From the NCBI RefSeq assembly GCF_009914755.1, contig NC_060931.1: a stretch of DNA of 64,000 nt; one strand, 5' to 3'. The notes under the pieces were generated by a model. It saw nothing but the letters and a program-made list of their open reading frames with translations. It was not told the origin of the DNA and did no database searches. Below are positions 38,101-51,821 of the stretch, piece by piece (the first letter of the stretch is position 1; the number at the start of each line of letters is the position of its first letter). This DNA comes from the human T2T-CHM13v2.0 reference genome, Homo sapiens. The position numbers and the translations under genes are program-made.

Positions 38101-40275
38101 CAGAGTGGAACGTCCCTTTGCACAGAGCAGATTTGAAACACTCTTTTTGTGGAGTTTGCAAGTGGAGATTTCAAGCGATTTGATGCCAACAGTAGAAAAG
38201 GAAATATCTTCAAATAAAAACTAGACAGAATCATTCTCAGAAACTACTTTGTGATGTGTGCCTTCAACTCACAGAGTTTAACCTTTCTTTTCTTAGAGCA
38301 GTTTAGAAACACTCTGCTTGTTACGTCTGCAAGTGGATATTTGGACCTCTTTGAGGCCTTCGTTGCAAACGGGGTTTCTTCCTTTCATGCTAGACTAAGA
38401 AGAGTTCTCAGTAACTTTTTTGTGTTGTGTGTATTCAACTCACAGAGTTGAACCTTGCTTTAGAGAGAGCAGATTTGAAACACTCTTGCTGTGGCATTTT
38501 CAGGTGGAGATTTCAAGCGATTTGAGGACAATTGCAGAAAAGGAAATATCTTCGTATAATAACCAGACAGAATCATTCTCAGAAAGTGCTTTGTGATGTG
38601 TGCGTTCAACTCACAGAGTTTAACCTTTCTTTTCATAGAGGAGTTTGGAAACACACTGTTTGTAAAGTCTGCAAGTGGATATATGGACCTGTTTGAGGCC
38701 TTCGTTGGAAACGGGATTTCCTCATTGAATGCTTGAGGGAAGAATTCTCAGTAAATTCTTTGTGTTGTGTGCATTCAACTCACAGAGTGGAACGTCCCTT
38801 TAGACAGAGCACATTTGAAACACTCTTTTTGCGGAATTTGCAAGTGGAGATTTCTAGCCATTTGATGCCAACAGTAGAAAGGGAAATATCTTCAAATAAA
38901 AACCAGACAGAATCATTCTCAGAAAATTCTTTGTGATGTGTGCGTTCAACTCACATAGTTTAACCTTTCTTTTCATAGAGCAGTTTGGAAACACTCTGTT
39001 TGTAAAGTCTGCAAGTGGATATATGGACCGCATTGAGGCCTTCGTTGGAAACGGGATTTCTTCATTTCATGCTAGACAGAAGAATTCTCAGTAACTTCTT
39101 TGTGCTGTGTGTATTCAACTCACAGAGTGGAACGTCCCTTTGCACAGAGCAGATTTGAAACACTCTTTTTGTGGAGTTTGCAAGTGGAGATTTCAAGCGA
39201 TTTGATGCCAACAGTAGAAAAGGAAATATCTTCAAATAAAAACTAGACAGAATCATTCTCAGAAACTACTTTGTGATGTGTGCCTTCAACTCACAGAGTT
39301 TAACCTTTCTTTTCTTAGAGCAGTTTAGAAACACTCTGCTTGTTACGTCTGCAAGTGGATATTTGGACCTCTTTGAGGCCTTCGTTGCAAACGGGGTTTC
39401 TTCCTTTCATGCTAGACTAAGAAGAGTTCTCAGTAACTTTTTTGTGTTGTGTGTATTCAACTCACAGAGTTGAACCTTGCTTTAGAGAGAGCAGATTTGA
39501 AACACTCTTGCTGTGGCATTTTCAGGTGGAGATTTCAAGCGATTTGAGGACAATTGCAGAAAAGGAAATATCTTCGTATAATAACCAGACAGAATCATTC
39601 TCAGAAAGTGCTTTGTGATGTGTGCGTTCAACTCACAGAGTTTAACCTTTCTTTTCATAGAGGAGTTTGGAAACACACTGTTTGTAAAGTCTGCAAGTGG
39701 ATACATGGACCTGTTTGAGGCCTTCGTTGGAAACGGGATTTCTTCATTGAATGCTAGACGGAAGAATTCTCAGTAAATTCTTTGTGTTGTGTGCATTCAA
39801 CTCACAGAGTGGAACGTCCCTTTAGACAGAGCAGATTTGAAACACTCTTTTTGCGGAATTTGCAAGTGGAGATTTCTAGCCATTTGATGCCAACAGTAGA
39901 AAGGGAAATATCTTCAAATAAAAACCAGACAGAATCATTCTCAGAAAATTCTTTGTGATGTGTGCGTTCAACTCACATAGTTTAACCTTTCTTTTCATAG
40001 AGCAGTTTGGAAACACTCTGTTTGTAAAGTCTGCAAGTGGATATATGGACCGCATTGAGGCCTTCGTTGGAAACGGGATTTCTTCATTTCATGCTAGACA
40101 GAAGAATTCTCAGTAACTTCTTTGTGCTGTGTGTATTCAACTCACAGAGTGGAACGTCCCTTTGCACAGAGCAGATTTGAAACACTCTTTTTGTGGAGTT
40201 TGCAAGTGGAGATTTCAAGAGATTTGATGCCAACAGTAGAAAAGGAAATATCTTCAAATAAAAACTAGACAGAAT

Positions 40276-41279
40276 CATTCTCAGAAACTACTTTGTGATG
40301 TGTGCCTTCAACTCACAGAGTTTAACCTTTCTTTTCTTAGAGCAGTTTAGAAACACTCTGCTTGTTATGTCTGCAAGTGGATATTTGGACCTCTTTGAGG
40401 CCTTCGTTGCAAACGGGGTTTCTTCCTTTCATGCTAGACTAAGAAGAGTTCTCAGTAACTTTTTTGTGTTGTGTGTATTCAACTCACAGAGTTGAACCTT
40501 GCTTTAGAGAGAGCAGATTTGAAACACTCTTGCTGTGGCATTTTCAGGTGGAGATTTCAAGCGATTTGAGGACAATTGCAGAAAAGGAAATATCTTCGTA
40601 TAATAACCAGACAGAATCATTCTCAGAAAGTGCTTTGTGATGTGTGCGTTCAACTCACAGAGTTTAACCTTTCTTTTCATAGAGGAGTTTGGAAACACAC
40701 TGTTTGTAAAGTCTGCAAGTGGATACATGGACCTGTTTGAGGCCTTCGTTGGAAACGGGATTTCTTCATTGAATGCTAGACGGAAGAATTCTCAGTAAAT
40801 TCTTTGTGTTGTGTGCATTCAACTCACAGAGTGGAACGTCCCTTTAGACAGAGCAGATTTGAAACACTCTTTTTGCGGAATTTGCAAGTGGAGATTTCTA
40901 GCCATTTGATGCCAACAGTAGAAAGGGAAATATCTTCAAATAAAAACCAGACAGAATCATTCTCAGAAAATTCTTTGTGATGTGTGCGTTCAACTCACAT
41001 AGTTTAACCTTTCTTTTCATAGAGCAGTTTGGAAACACTCTGTTTGTAAAGTCTGCAAGTGGATATATGGACCGCATTGAGGCCTTCGTTGGAAACGGGA
41101 TTTCTTCATTTCATGCTAGACAGAAGAATTCTCAGTAACTTCTTTGTGCTGTGTGGAACGTCCCTTTGCACAGAGCAGATTTGAAACACTCTTTTTGTGG
41201 AGTTTGCAAGTGGAGATTTCAAGCGATTTGATGCCAACAGTAGAAAAGGAAATATCTTCAAATAAAAACTAGACAGAAT
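40276..41279 (+). repeat. HOR with 18-bp deletion (1004 bp), copy 1
   Basis: Anchor spacing 40295 to 41299 = 1004. Junction tgtgctgtgtg|gaacg at ~41155 lacks tattcaactcacagagtg. Confidence 0.95.
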
Positions 41280-44200
41280 CATTCTCAGAAACTACTTTGT
41301 GATGTGTGCCTTCAACTCACAGAGTTTAACCTTTCTTTTCTTAGAGCAGTTTAGAAACACTCTGCTTGTTATGTCTGCAAGTGGATATTTGGACCTCTTT
41401 GAGGCCTTCGTTGCAAACGGGGTTTCTTCCTTTCATGCTAGACTAAGAAGAGTTCTCAGTAACTTTTTTGTGTTGTGTGTATTCAACTCACAGAGTTGAA
41501 CCTTGCTTTAGAGAGAGCAGATTTGAAACACTCTTGCTGTGGCATTTTCAGGTGGAGATTTCAAGCGATTTGAGGACAATTGCAGAAAAGGAAATATCTT
41601 CGTATAATAACCAGACAGAATCATTCTCAGAAAGTGCTTTGTGATGTGTGCGTTCAACTCACAGAGTTTAACCTTTCTTTTCATAGAGGAGTTTGGAAAC
41701 ACACTGTTTGTAAAGTCTGCAAGTGGATATATGGACCTGTTTGAGGCCTTCGTTGGAAACGGGATTTCTTCATTGAATGCTAGACGGAAGAATTCTCAGT
41801 AAATTCTTTGTGTTGTGTGCATTCAACTCACAGAGTGGAACGTCCCTTTAGACAGAGCAGATTTGAAACACTCTTTTTGCGGAATTTGCAAGTGGAGATT
41901 TCTAGCCATTTGATGCCAACAGTAGAAAGGGAAATATCTTCAAATAAAAACCAGACAGAATCATTCTCAGAAAATTCTTTGTGATGTGTGCGTTCAACTC
42001 ACATAGTTTAACCTTTCTTTTCATAGAGCAGTTTGGAAACACTCTGTTTGTAAAGTCTGCAAGTGGATATATGGACCGCATTGAGGCCTTCGTTGGAAAC
42101 GGGATTTCTTCATTTCATGCTAGACAGAAGAATTCTCAGTAACTTCTTTGTGCTGTGTGTATTCAACTCACAGAGTGGAACGTCCCTTTGCACAGAGCAG
42201 ATTTGAAACACTCTTTTTGTGGAGTTTGCAAGTGGAGATTTCAAGCGATTTGATGCCAACAGTAGAAAAGGAAATATCTTCAAATAAAAACTAGACAGAA
42301 TCATTCTCAGAAACTACTTTGTGATGTGTGCCTTCAACTCACAGAGTTTAACCTTTCTTTTCTTAGAGCAGTTTAGAAACACTCTGCTTGTTATGTCTGC
42401 AAGTGGATATTTGGACCTCTTTGAGGCCTTCGTTGCAAACGGGGTTTCTTCCTTTCATGCTAGACTAAGAAGAGTTCTCAGTAACTTTTTTGTGTTGTGT
42501 GTATTCAACTCACAGAGTTGAACCTTGCTTTAGAGAGAGCAGATTTGAAACACTCTTGCTGTGGCATTTTCAGGTGGAGATTTCAAGCGATTTGAGGACA
42601 ATTGCAGAAAAGGAAATATCTTCGTATAATAACCAGACAGAATCATTCTCAGAAAGTGCTTTGTGATGTGTGCGTTCAACTCACAGAGTTTAACCTTTCT
42701 TTTCATAGAGGAGTTTGGAAACACACTGTTTGTAAGGACTGCAAGTGGCTATATGGACCTGTTTGAGGCCTTCGTTGGAAACGGGATTTCCTCATTGAAT
42801 GCTTGAGGGAAGAATTCTCAGTAAATTCTTTGTGTTGTGTGCATTCAACTCACAGAGTGGAACGTCCCTTTAGACAGAGCACATTTGAAACACTCTTTTT
42901 GCGGAATTTGCAAGTGGAGATTTCTAGCCATTTGATGCCAACAGTAGAAAGGGAAATATCTTCAAATAAAAACCAGACAGAATCATTCTCAGAAAATTCT
43001 TTGTGATGTGTGCGTTCAACTCACATAGTTTAACCTTTCTTTTCATAGAGCAGTTTGGAAACACTCTGTTTGTAAAGTCTGCAAGTGGATATATGGACCG
43101 CATTGAGGCCTTCGTTGGAAACGGGATTTCTTCATTTCATGCTAGACAGAAGAATTCTCAGTAACTTCTTTGTGCTGTGTGTATTCAACTCACAGAGTGG
43201 AACGTCCCTTTGCACAGAGCAGATTTGAAACACTCTTTTTGTGGAGTTTGCAAGTGGAGATTTCAAGCGATTTGATGCCAACAGTAGAAAAGGAAATATC
43301 TTCAAATAAAAACTAGACAGAATCATTCTCAGAAACTACTTTGTGATGTGTGCCTTCAACTCACAGAGTTTAACCTTTCTTTTCTTAGAGCAGTTTAGAA
43401 ACACTCTGCTTGTTACGTCTGCAAGTGGATATTTGGACCTCTTTGAGGCCTTCGTTGCAAACGGGGTTTCTTCCTTTCATGCTAGACTAAGAAGAGTTCT
43501 CAGTAACTTTTTTGTGTTGTGTGTATTCAACTCACAGAGTTGAACCTTGCTTTAGAGAGAGCAGATTTGAAACACTCTTGCTGTGGCATTTTCAGGTGGA
43601 GATTTCAAGCGATTTGAGGACAATTGCAGAAAAGGAAATATCTTCGTATAATAACCAGACAGAATCATTCTCAGAAAGTGCTTTGTGATGTGTGCGTTCA
43701 ACTCACAGAGTTTAACCTTTCTTTTCATAGAGGAGTTTGGAAAGACACTGTTTGTAAGGACTGCAAGTGGATATATGGACCTGTTTGAGGCCTTCGTTGG
43801 AAACGGGATTTCTTCATTGAATGCTAGACGGAAGAATTCTCAGTAAATTCTTTGTGTTGTGTGCATTCAACTCACAGAGTGGAACGTCCCTTTAGACAGA
43901 GCAGATTTGAAACACTCTTTTTGTGGAATTTGCAAGTGGAGATTTCTAGCCATTTGATGCCAACAGTAGAAAGGGAAATATCTTCAAATAAAAACCAGAC
44001 AGAATCATTCTCAGAAAATTCTTTGTGATGTGTGCGTTCAACTCACATAGTTTAACCTTTCTTTTCATAGAGCAGTTTGGAAACACTCTGTTTGTAAAGT
44101 CTGCAAGTGGATATATGGACCGCATTGAGGCCTTCGTTGGAAACGGGATTTCTTCATTTCATGCTAGACAGAAGAATTCTCAGTAACTTCTTTGTGCTGT

Positions 44201-46389
44201 GTGTATTCAACTCACAGAGTGGAACGTCCCTTTGCACAGAGCAGATTTGAAACACTCTTTTTGTGGAGTTTGCAAGTGGAGATTTCAAGCGATTTGATGC
44301 CAACAGTAGAAAAGGAAATATCTTCAAATAAAAACTAGACAGAATCATTCTCAGAAACTACTTTGTGATGTGTGCCTTCAACTCACAGAGTTTAACCTTT
44401 CTTTTCTTAGAGCAGTTTAGAAACACTCTGCTTGTTATGTCTGCAAGTGGATATTTGGACCTCTTTGAGGCCTTCGTTGCAAACGGGGTTTCTTCCTTTC
44501 ATGCTAGACTAAGAAGAGTTCTCAGTAACTTTTTTGTGTTGTGTGTATTCAACTCACAGAGTTGAACCTTGCTTTAGAGAGAGCAGATTTGAAACACTCT
44601 TGCTGTGGCATTTTCAGGTGGAGATTTCAAGCGATTTGAGGACAATTGCAGAAAAGGAAATATCTTCGTATAATAACCAGACAGAATCATTCTCAGAAAG
44701 TGCTTTGTGATGTGTGCGTTCAACTCACAGAGTTTAACCTTTCTTTTCATAGAGGAGTTTGGAAACACACTGTTTGTAAAGTCTGCAAGTGGATACATGG
44801 ACCTGTTTGAGGCCTTCGTTGGAAACGGGATTTCTTCATTGAATGCTAGACGGAAGAATTCTCAGTAAATTCTTTGTGTTGTGTGCATTCAACTCACAGA
44901 GTGGAACGTCCCTTTAGACAGAGCAGATTTGAAACACTCTTTTTGCGGAATTTGCAAGTGGAGATTTCTAGCCATTTGATGCCAACAGTAGAAAGGGAAA
45001 TATCTTCAAATAAAAACCAGACAGAATCATTCTCAGAAAATTCTTTGTGATGTGTGCGTTCAACTCACATAGTTTAACCTTTCTTTTCATAGAGCAGTTT
45101 GGAAACACTCTGTTTGTAAAGTCTGCAAGTGGATATATGGACCGCATTGAGGCCTTCGTTGGAAACGGGATTTCTTCATTTCATGCTAGACAGAAGAATT
45201 CTCAGTAACTTCTTTGTGCTGTGTGTATTCAACTCACAGAGTGGAACGTCCCTTTGCAGAGAGCAGATTTGAAACACTCTTTTTGTGGAGTTTGCAAGTG
45301 GAGATTTCAAGCGATTTGATGCCAACAGTAGAAAAGGAAATATCTTCAAATAAAAACTAGACAGAATCATTCTCAGAAACTACTTTGTGATGTGTGCCTT
45401 CAACTCACAGAGTTTAACCTTTCTTTTCTTAGAGCAGTTTAGAAACACTCTGCTTGTTACGTCTGCAAGTGGATATTTGGACCTCTTTGAGGCCTTCGTT
45501 GCAAACGGGGTTTCTTCCTTTCATGCTAGACTAAGAAGAGTTCTCAGTAACTTTTTTGTGTTGTGTGTATTCAACTCACAGAGTTGAACCTTGCTTTAGA
45601 GAGAGCAGATTTGAAACACTCTTGCTGTGGCATTTTCAGGTGGAGATTTCAAGCGATTTGAGGACAATTGCAGAAAAGGAAATATCTTCGTATAATAACC
45701 AGACAGAATCATTCTCAGAAAGTGCTTTGTGATGTGTGCGTTCAACTCACAGAGTTTAACCTTTCTTTTCATAGAGGAGTTTGGAAACACACTGTTTGTA
45801 AAGTCTGCAAGTGGATATATGGACCTGTTTGAGGCCTTCGTTGGAAACGGGATTTCCTCATTGAATGCTTGAGGGAAGAATTCTCAGTAAATTCTTTGTG
45901 TTGTGTGCATTCAACTCACAGAGTGGAACGTCCCTTTAGACAGAGCAGATTTGAAACACTCTTTTTGCGGAATTTGCAAGTGGAGATTTCTAGCCATTTG
46001 ATGCCAACAGTAGAAAGGGAAATATCTTCAAATAAAAACCAGACAGAATCATTCTCAGAAAATTCTTTGTGATGTGTGCGTTCAACTCACATAGTTTAAC
46101 CTTTCTTTTCATAGAGCAGTTTGGAAACACTCTGTTTGTAAAGTCTGCAAGTGGATATATGGACCGCATTGAGGCCTTCGTTGGAAACGGGATTTCTTCA
46201 TTTCATGCTAGACAGAAGAATTCTCAGTAACTTCTTTGTGCTGTGTGTATTCAACTCACAGAGTGGAACGTCCCTTTACACAGAGCAGATTTGAAACACT
46301 CTTTTTGTGGAGTTTGCAAGTGGAGATTTCAAGCGATTTGATGCCAACAGTAGAAAAGGAAATATCTTCAAATAAAAACTAGACAGAAT

Positions 46390-47751
46390 CATTCTCAGAA
46401 ACTACTTTGTGATGTGTGCCTTCAACTCACAGAGTTTAACCTTTCTTTTCTTAGAGCAGTTTAGAAACACTCTGCTTGTTATGTCTGCAAGTGGATATTT
46501 GGACCTCTTTGAGGCCTTCGTTGCAAACGGGGTTTCTTCCTTTCATGCTAGACTAAGAAGAGTTCTCAGTAACTTTTTTGTGTTGTGTGAATTCAACTCA
46601 CAGAGTTGAACCTTGCTTTAGAGAGAGCAGATTTGAAACACTCTTGCTGTGGCATTTTCAGGTGGAGATTTCAAGCGATTTGAGGACAATTGCAGAAAAG
46701 GAAATATCTTCGTATAATAACCAGACAGAATCATTCTCAGAAAGTGCTTTGTGATGTGTGCGTTCAACTCACAGAGTTTAACCTTTCTTTTCATAGAGGA
46801 GTTTGGAAACACACTGTTTGTAAGGACTGCAAGTGGATATATGGACCTGTTTGAGGCCTTCGTTGGAAACGGGATTTCTTCATTGAATGCTAGACGGAAG
46901 AATTCTCAGTAAATTCTTTGTGTTGTGTGCATTCAACTCACAGAGTGGAACGTCCCTTTAGACAGAGCAGATTTGAAACACTCTTTTTGTGGAATTTGCA
47001 AGTGGAGATTTCTAGCCATTTGATGCCAACAGTAGAAAGGGAAATATCTTCAAATAAAAACCAGACAGAATCATTCTCAGAAAATTCTTTGTGATGTGTG
47101 CGTTCAACTCACATAGTTTAACCTTTCTTTTCATAGAGCAGTTTGGAAACACTCTGTTTGTAAAGTCTGCAAGTAGATATATGGACCGCATTGAGGCCTT
47201 CGTTGGAAACGGGATTTCTTCATTGAATGCTAGACGGAAGAATTCTCAGTAAATTCTTTGTGTTGTGTGCATTCAACTCACAGAGTGGAACGTCCCTTTA
47301 GACAGAGCAGATTTGAAACACTCTTTTTGCGGAATTTGCAAGTGGAGATTTCTAGCCATTTGATGCCAACAGTAGAAAGGGAAATATCTTCAAATAAAAA
47401 CCAGACAGAATCATTCTCAGAAAATTCTTTGTGATGTGTGCGTTCAACTCACATAGTTTAACCTTTCTTTTCATAGAGCAGTTTGGAAACACTCTGTTTG
47501 TAAAGTCTGCAAGTGGATATATGGACCGCATTGAGGCCTTCGTTGGAAACGGGATTTCTTCATTTCATGCTAGACAGAAGAATTCTCAGTAACTTCTTTG
47601 TGCTGTGTGTATTCAACTCACAGAGTGGAACGTCCCTTTGCACAGAGCAGATTTGAAACACTCTTTTTGTGGAGTTTGCAAGTGGAGATTTCAAGCGATT
47701 TGATGCCAACAGTAGAAAAGGAAATATCTTCAAATAAAAACTAGACAGAAT
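46390..47751 (+). repeat. 8-mer structural-variant HOR, copy 2
   Basis: Anchor spacing 46409 to 47771 = 1362; same private SNPs (gtgaattc, aaggact, aagtag). Confidence 0.95.
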
Positions 47752-50700
47752 CATTCTCAGAAACTACTTTGTGATGTGTGCCTTCAACTCACAGAGTTTA
47801 ACCTTTCTTTTCTTAGAGCAGTTTAGAAACACTCTGCTTGTTATGTCTGCAAGTGGATATTTGGACCTCTTTGAGGCCTTCGTTGCAAACGGGGTTTCTT
47901 CCTTTCATGCTAGACTAAGAAGAGTTCTCAGTAACTTTTTTGTGTTGTGTGTATTCAACTCACAGAGTTGAACCTTGCTTTAGAGAGAGCAGATTTGAAA
48001 CACTCTTGCTGTGGCATTTTCAGGTGGAGATTTCAAGCGATTTGAGGACAATTGCAGAAAAGGAAATATCTTCGTATAATAACCAGACAGAATCATTCTC
48101 AGAAAGTGCTTTGTGATGTGTGCGTTCAACTCACAGAGTTTAACCTTTCTTTTCATAGAGGAGTTTGGAAACACACTGTTTGTAAAGTCTGCAAGTGGAT
48201 ACATGGACCTGTTTGAGGCCTTCGTTGGAAACGGGATTTCTTCATTGAATGCTAGACGGAAGAATTCTCAGTAAATTCTTTGTGTTGTGTGCATTCAACT
48301 CACAGAGTGGAACGTCCCTTTAGACAGAGCAGATTTGAAACACTCTTTTTGCGGAATTTGCAAGTGGAGATTTCTAGCCATTTGATGCCAACAGTAGAAA
48401 GGGAAATATCTTCAAATAAAAACCAGACAGAGTCATTCTCAGAAAATTCTTTGTGATGTGTGCGTTCAACTCACATAGTTTAACCTTTCTTTTCATAGAG
48501 CAGTTTGGAAACACTCTGTTTGTAAAGTCTGCAAGTGGATATATGGACCGCATTGAGGCCTTCGTTGGAAACGGGATTTCTTCATTTCATGCTAGACAGA
48601 AGAATTCTCAGTAACTTCTTTGTGCTGTGTGTATTCAACTCACAGAGTGGAACGTCCCTTTGCACAGAGCAGATTTGAAACACTCTTTTTGTGGAGTTTG
48701 CAAGTGGAGATTTCAAGCGATTTGATGCCAACAGTAGAAAAGGAAATATCTTCAAATAAAAACTAGACAGAATCATTCTCAGAAACTACTTTGTGATGTG
48801 TGCCTTCAACTCACAGAGTTTAACCTTTCTTTTCTTAGAGCAGTTTAGAAACACTCTGCTTGTTACGTCTGCAAGTGGATATTTGGACCTCTTTGAGGCC
48901 TTCGTTGCAAACGGGGTTTCTTCCTTTCATGCTAGACTAAGAAGAGTTCTCAGTAACTTTTTTGTGTTGTGTGTATTCAACTCACAGAGTTGAACCTTGC
49001 TTTAGAGAGAGCAGATTTGAAACACTCTTGCTGTGGCATTTTCAGGTGGAGATTTCAAGCGATTTGAGGACAATTGCAGAAAAGGAAATATCTTCGTATA
49101 ATAACCAGACAGAATCATTCTCAGAAAGTGCTTTGTGATGTGTGCGTTCAACTCACAGAGTTTAACCTTTCTTTTCATAGAGGAGTTTGGAAACACACTG
49201 TTTGTAAAGTCTGCAAGTGGATACATGGACCTGTTTGAGGCCTTCGTTGGAAACGGGATTTCTTCATTGAATGCTAGACGGAAGAATTCTCAGTAAATTC
49301 TTTGTGTTGTGTGCATTCAACTCACAGAGTGGAACGTCCCTTTAGACAGAGCAGATTTGAAACACTCTTTTTGCGGAATTTGCAAGTGGAGATTTCTAGC
49401 CATTTGATGCCAACAGTAGAAAGGGAAATATCTTCAAATAAAAACCAGACAGAATCATTCTCAGAAAATTCTTTGTGATGTGTGCGTTCAACTCACATAG
49501 TTTAACCTTTCTTTTCATAGAGCAGTTTGGAAACACTCTGTTTGTAAAGTCTGCAAGTGGATATATGGACCGCATTGAGGCCTTCGTTGGAAACGGGATT
49601 TCTTCATTTCATGCTAGACAGAAGAATTCTCAGTAACTTCTTTGTGCTGTGTGTATTCAACTCACAGAGTGGAACGTCCCTTTGCACAGAGCAGATTTGA
49701 AACACTCTTTTTGTGGAGTTTGCAAGTGGAGATTTCAAGCGATTTGATGCCAACAGTAGAAAAGGAAATATCTTCAAATAAAAACTAGACAGAATCATTC
49801 TCAGAAACTACTTTGTGATGTGTGCCTTCAACTCACAGAGTTTAACCTTTCTTTTCTTAGAGCAGTTTAGAAACACTCTGCTTGTTACGTCTGCAAGTGG
49901 ATATTTGGACCTCTTTGAGGCCTTCGTTGCAAACGGGGTTTCTTCCTTTCATGCTAGACTAAGAAGAGTTCTCAGTAACTTTTTTGTGTTGTGTGTATTC
50001 AACTCACAGAGTTGAACCTTGCTTTAGAGAGAGCAGATTTGAAACACTCTTGCTGTGGCATTTTCAGGTGGAGATTTCAAGCGATTTGAGGACAATTGCA
50101 GAAAAGGAAATATCTTCGTATAATAACCAGACAGAATCATTCTCAGAAAGTGCTTTGTGATGTGTGCGTTCAACTCACAGAGTTTAACCTTTCTTTTCAT
50201 AGAGGAGTTTGGAAACACACTGTTTGTAAAGTCTGCAAGTGGATACATGGACCTGTTTGAGGCCTTCGTTGGAAACGGGATTTCTTCATTGAATGCTAGA
50301 CGGAAGAATTCTCAGTAAATTCTTTGTGTTGTGTGCATTCAACTCACAGAGTGGAACGTCCCTTTAGACAGAGCAGATTTGAAACACTCTTTTTGCGGAA
50401 TTTGCAAGTGGAGATTTCTAGCCATTTGATGCCAACAGTAGAAAGGGAAATATCTTCAAATAAAAACCAGACAGAATCATTCTCAGAAAATTCTTTGTGA
50501 TGTGTGCGTTCAACTCACATAGTTTAACCTTTCTTTTCATAGAGCAGTTTGGAAACACTCTGTTTGTAAAGTCTGCAAGTGGATATATGGACCGCATTGA
50601 GGCCTTCGTTGGAAACGGGATTTCTTCATTTCATGCTAGACAGAAGAATTCTCAGTAACTTCTTTGTGCTGTGTGTATTCAACTCACAGAGTGGAACGTC

Positions 50701-50817
50701 CCTTTGCACAGAGCAGATTTGAAACACTCTTTTTGTGGAGTTTGCAAGTGGAGATTTCAAGAGATTTGATGCCAACAGTAGAAAAGGAAATATCTTCAAA
50801 TAAAAACTAGACAGAAT

Positions 50818-51821
50818 CATTCTCAGAAACTACTTTGTGATGTGTGCCTTCAACTCACAGAGTTTAACCTTTCTTTTCTTAGAGCAGTTTAGAAACACTC
50901 TGCTTGTTATGTCTGCAAGTGGATATTTGGACCTCTTTGAGGCCTTCGTTGCAAACGGGGTTTCTTCCTTTCATGCTAGACTAAGAAGAGTTCTCAGTAA
51001 CTTTTTTGTGTTGTGTGTATTCAACTCACAGAGTTGAACCTTGCTTTAGAGAGAGCAGATTTGAAACACTCTTGCTGTGGCATTTTCAGGTGGAGATTTC
51101 AAGCGATTTGAGGACAATTGCAGAAAAGGAAATATCTTCGTATAATAACCAGACAGAATCATTCTCAGAAAGTGCTTTGTGATGTGTGCGTTCAACTCAC
51201 AGAGTTTAACCTTTCTTTTCATAGAGGAGTTTGGAAACACACTGTTTGTAAAGTCTGCAAGTGGATACATGGACCTGTTTGAGGCCTTCGTTGGAAACGG
51301 GATTTCTTCATTGAATGCTAGACGGAAGAATTCTCAGTAAATTCTTTGTGTTGTGTGCATTCAACTCACAGAGTGGAACGTCCCTTTAGACAGAGCAGAT
51401 TTGAAACACTCTTTTTGCGGAATTTGCAAGTGGAGATTTCTAGCCATTTGATGCCAACAGTAGAAAGGGAAATATCTTCAAATAAAAACCAGACAGAATC
51501 ATTCTCAGAAAATTCTTTGTGATGTGTGCGTTCAACTCACATAGTTTAACCTTTCTTTTCATAGAGCAGTTTGGAAACACTCTGTTTGTAAAGTCTGCAA
51601 GTGGATATATGGACCGCATTGAGGCCTTCGTTGGAAACGGGATTTCTTCATTTCATGCTAGACAGAAGAATTCTCAGTAACTTCTTTGTGCTGTGTGGAA
51701 CGTCCCTTTGCACAGAGCAGATTTGAAACACTCTTTTTGTGGAGTTTGCAAGTGGAGATTTCAAGCGATTTGATGCCAACAGTAGAAAAGGAAATATCTT
51801 CAAATAAAAACTAGACAGAAT
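50818..51821 (+). repeat. HOR with 18-bp deletion (1004 bp), copy 2
   Basis: Anchor spacing 50837 to 51841 = 1004; identical junction at ~51697. Confidence 0.95.
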
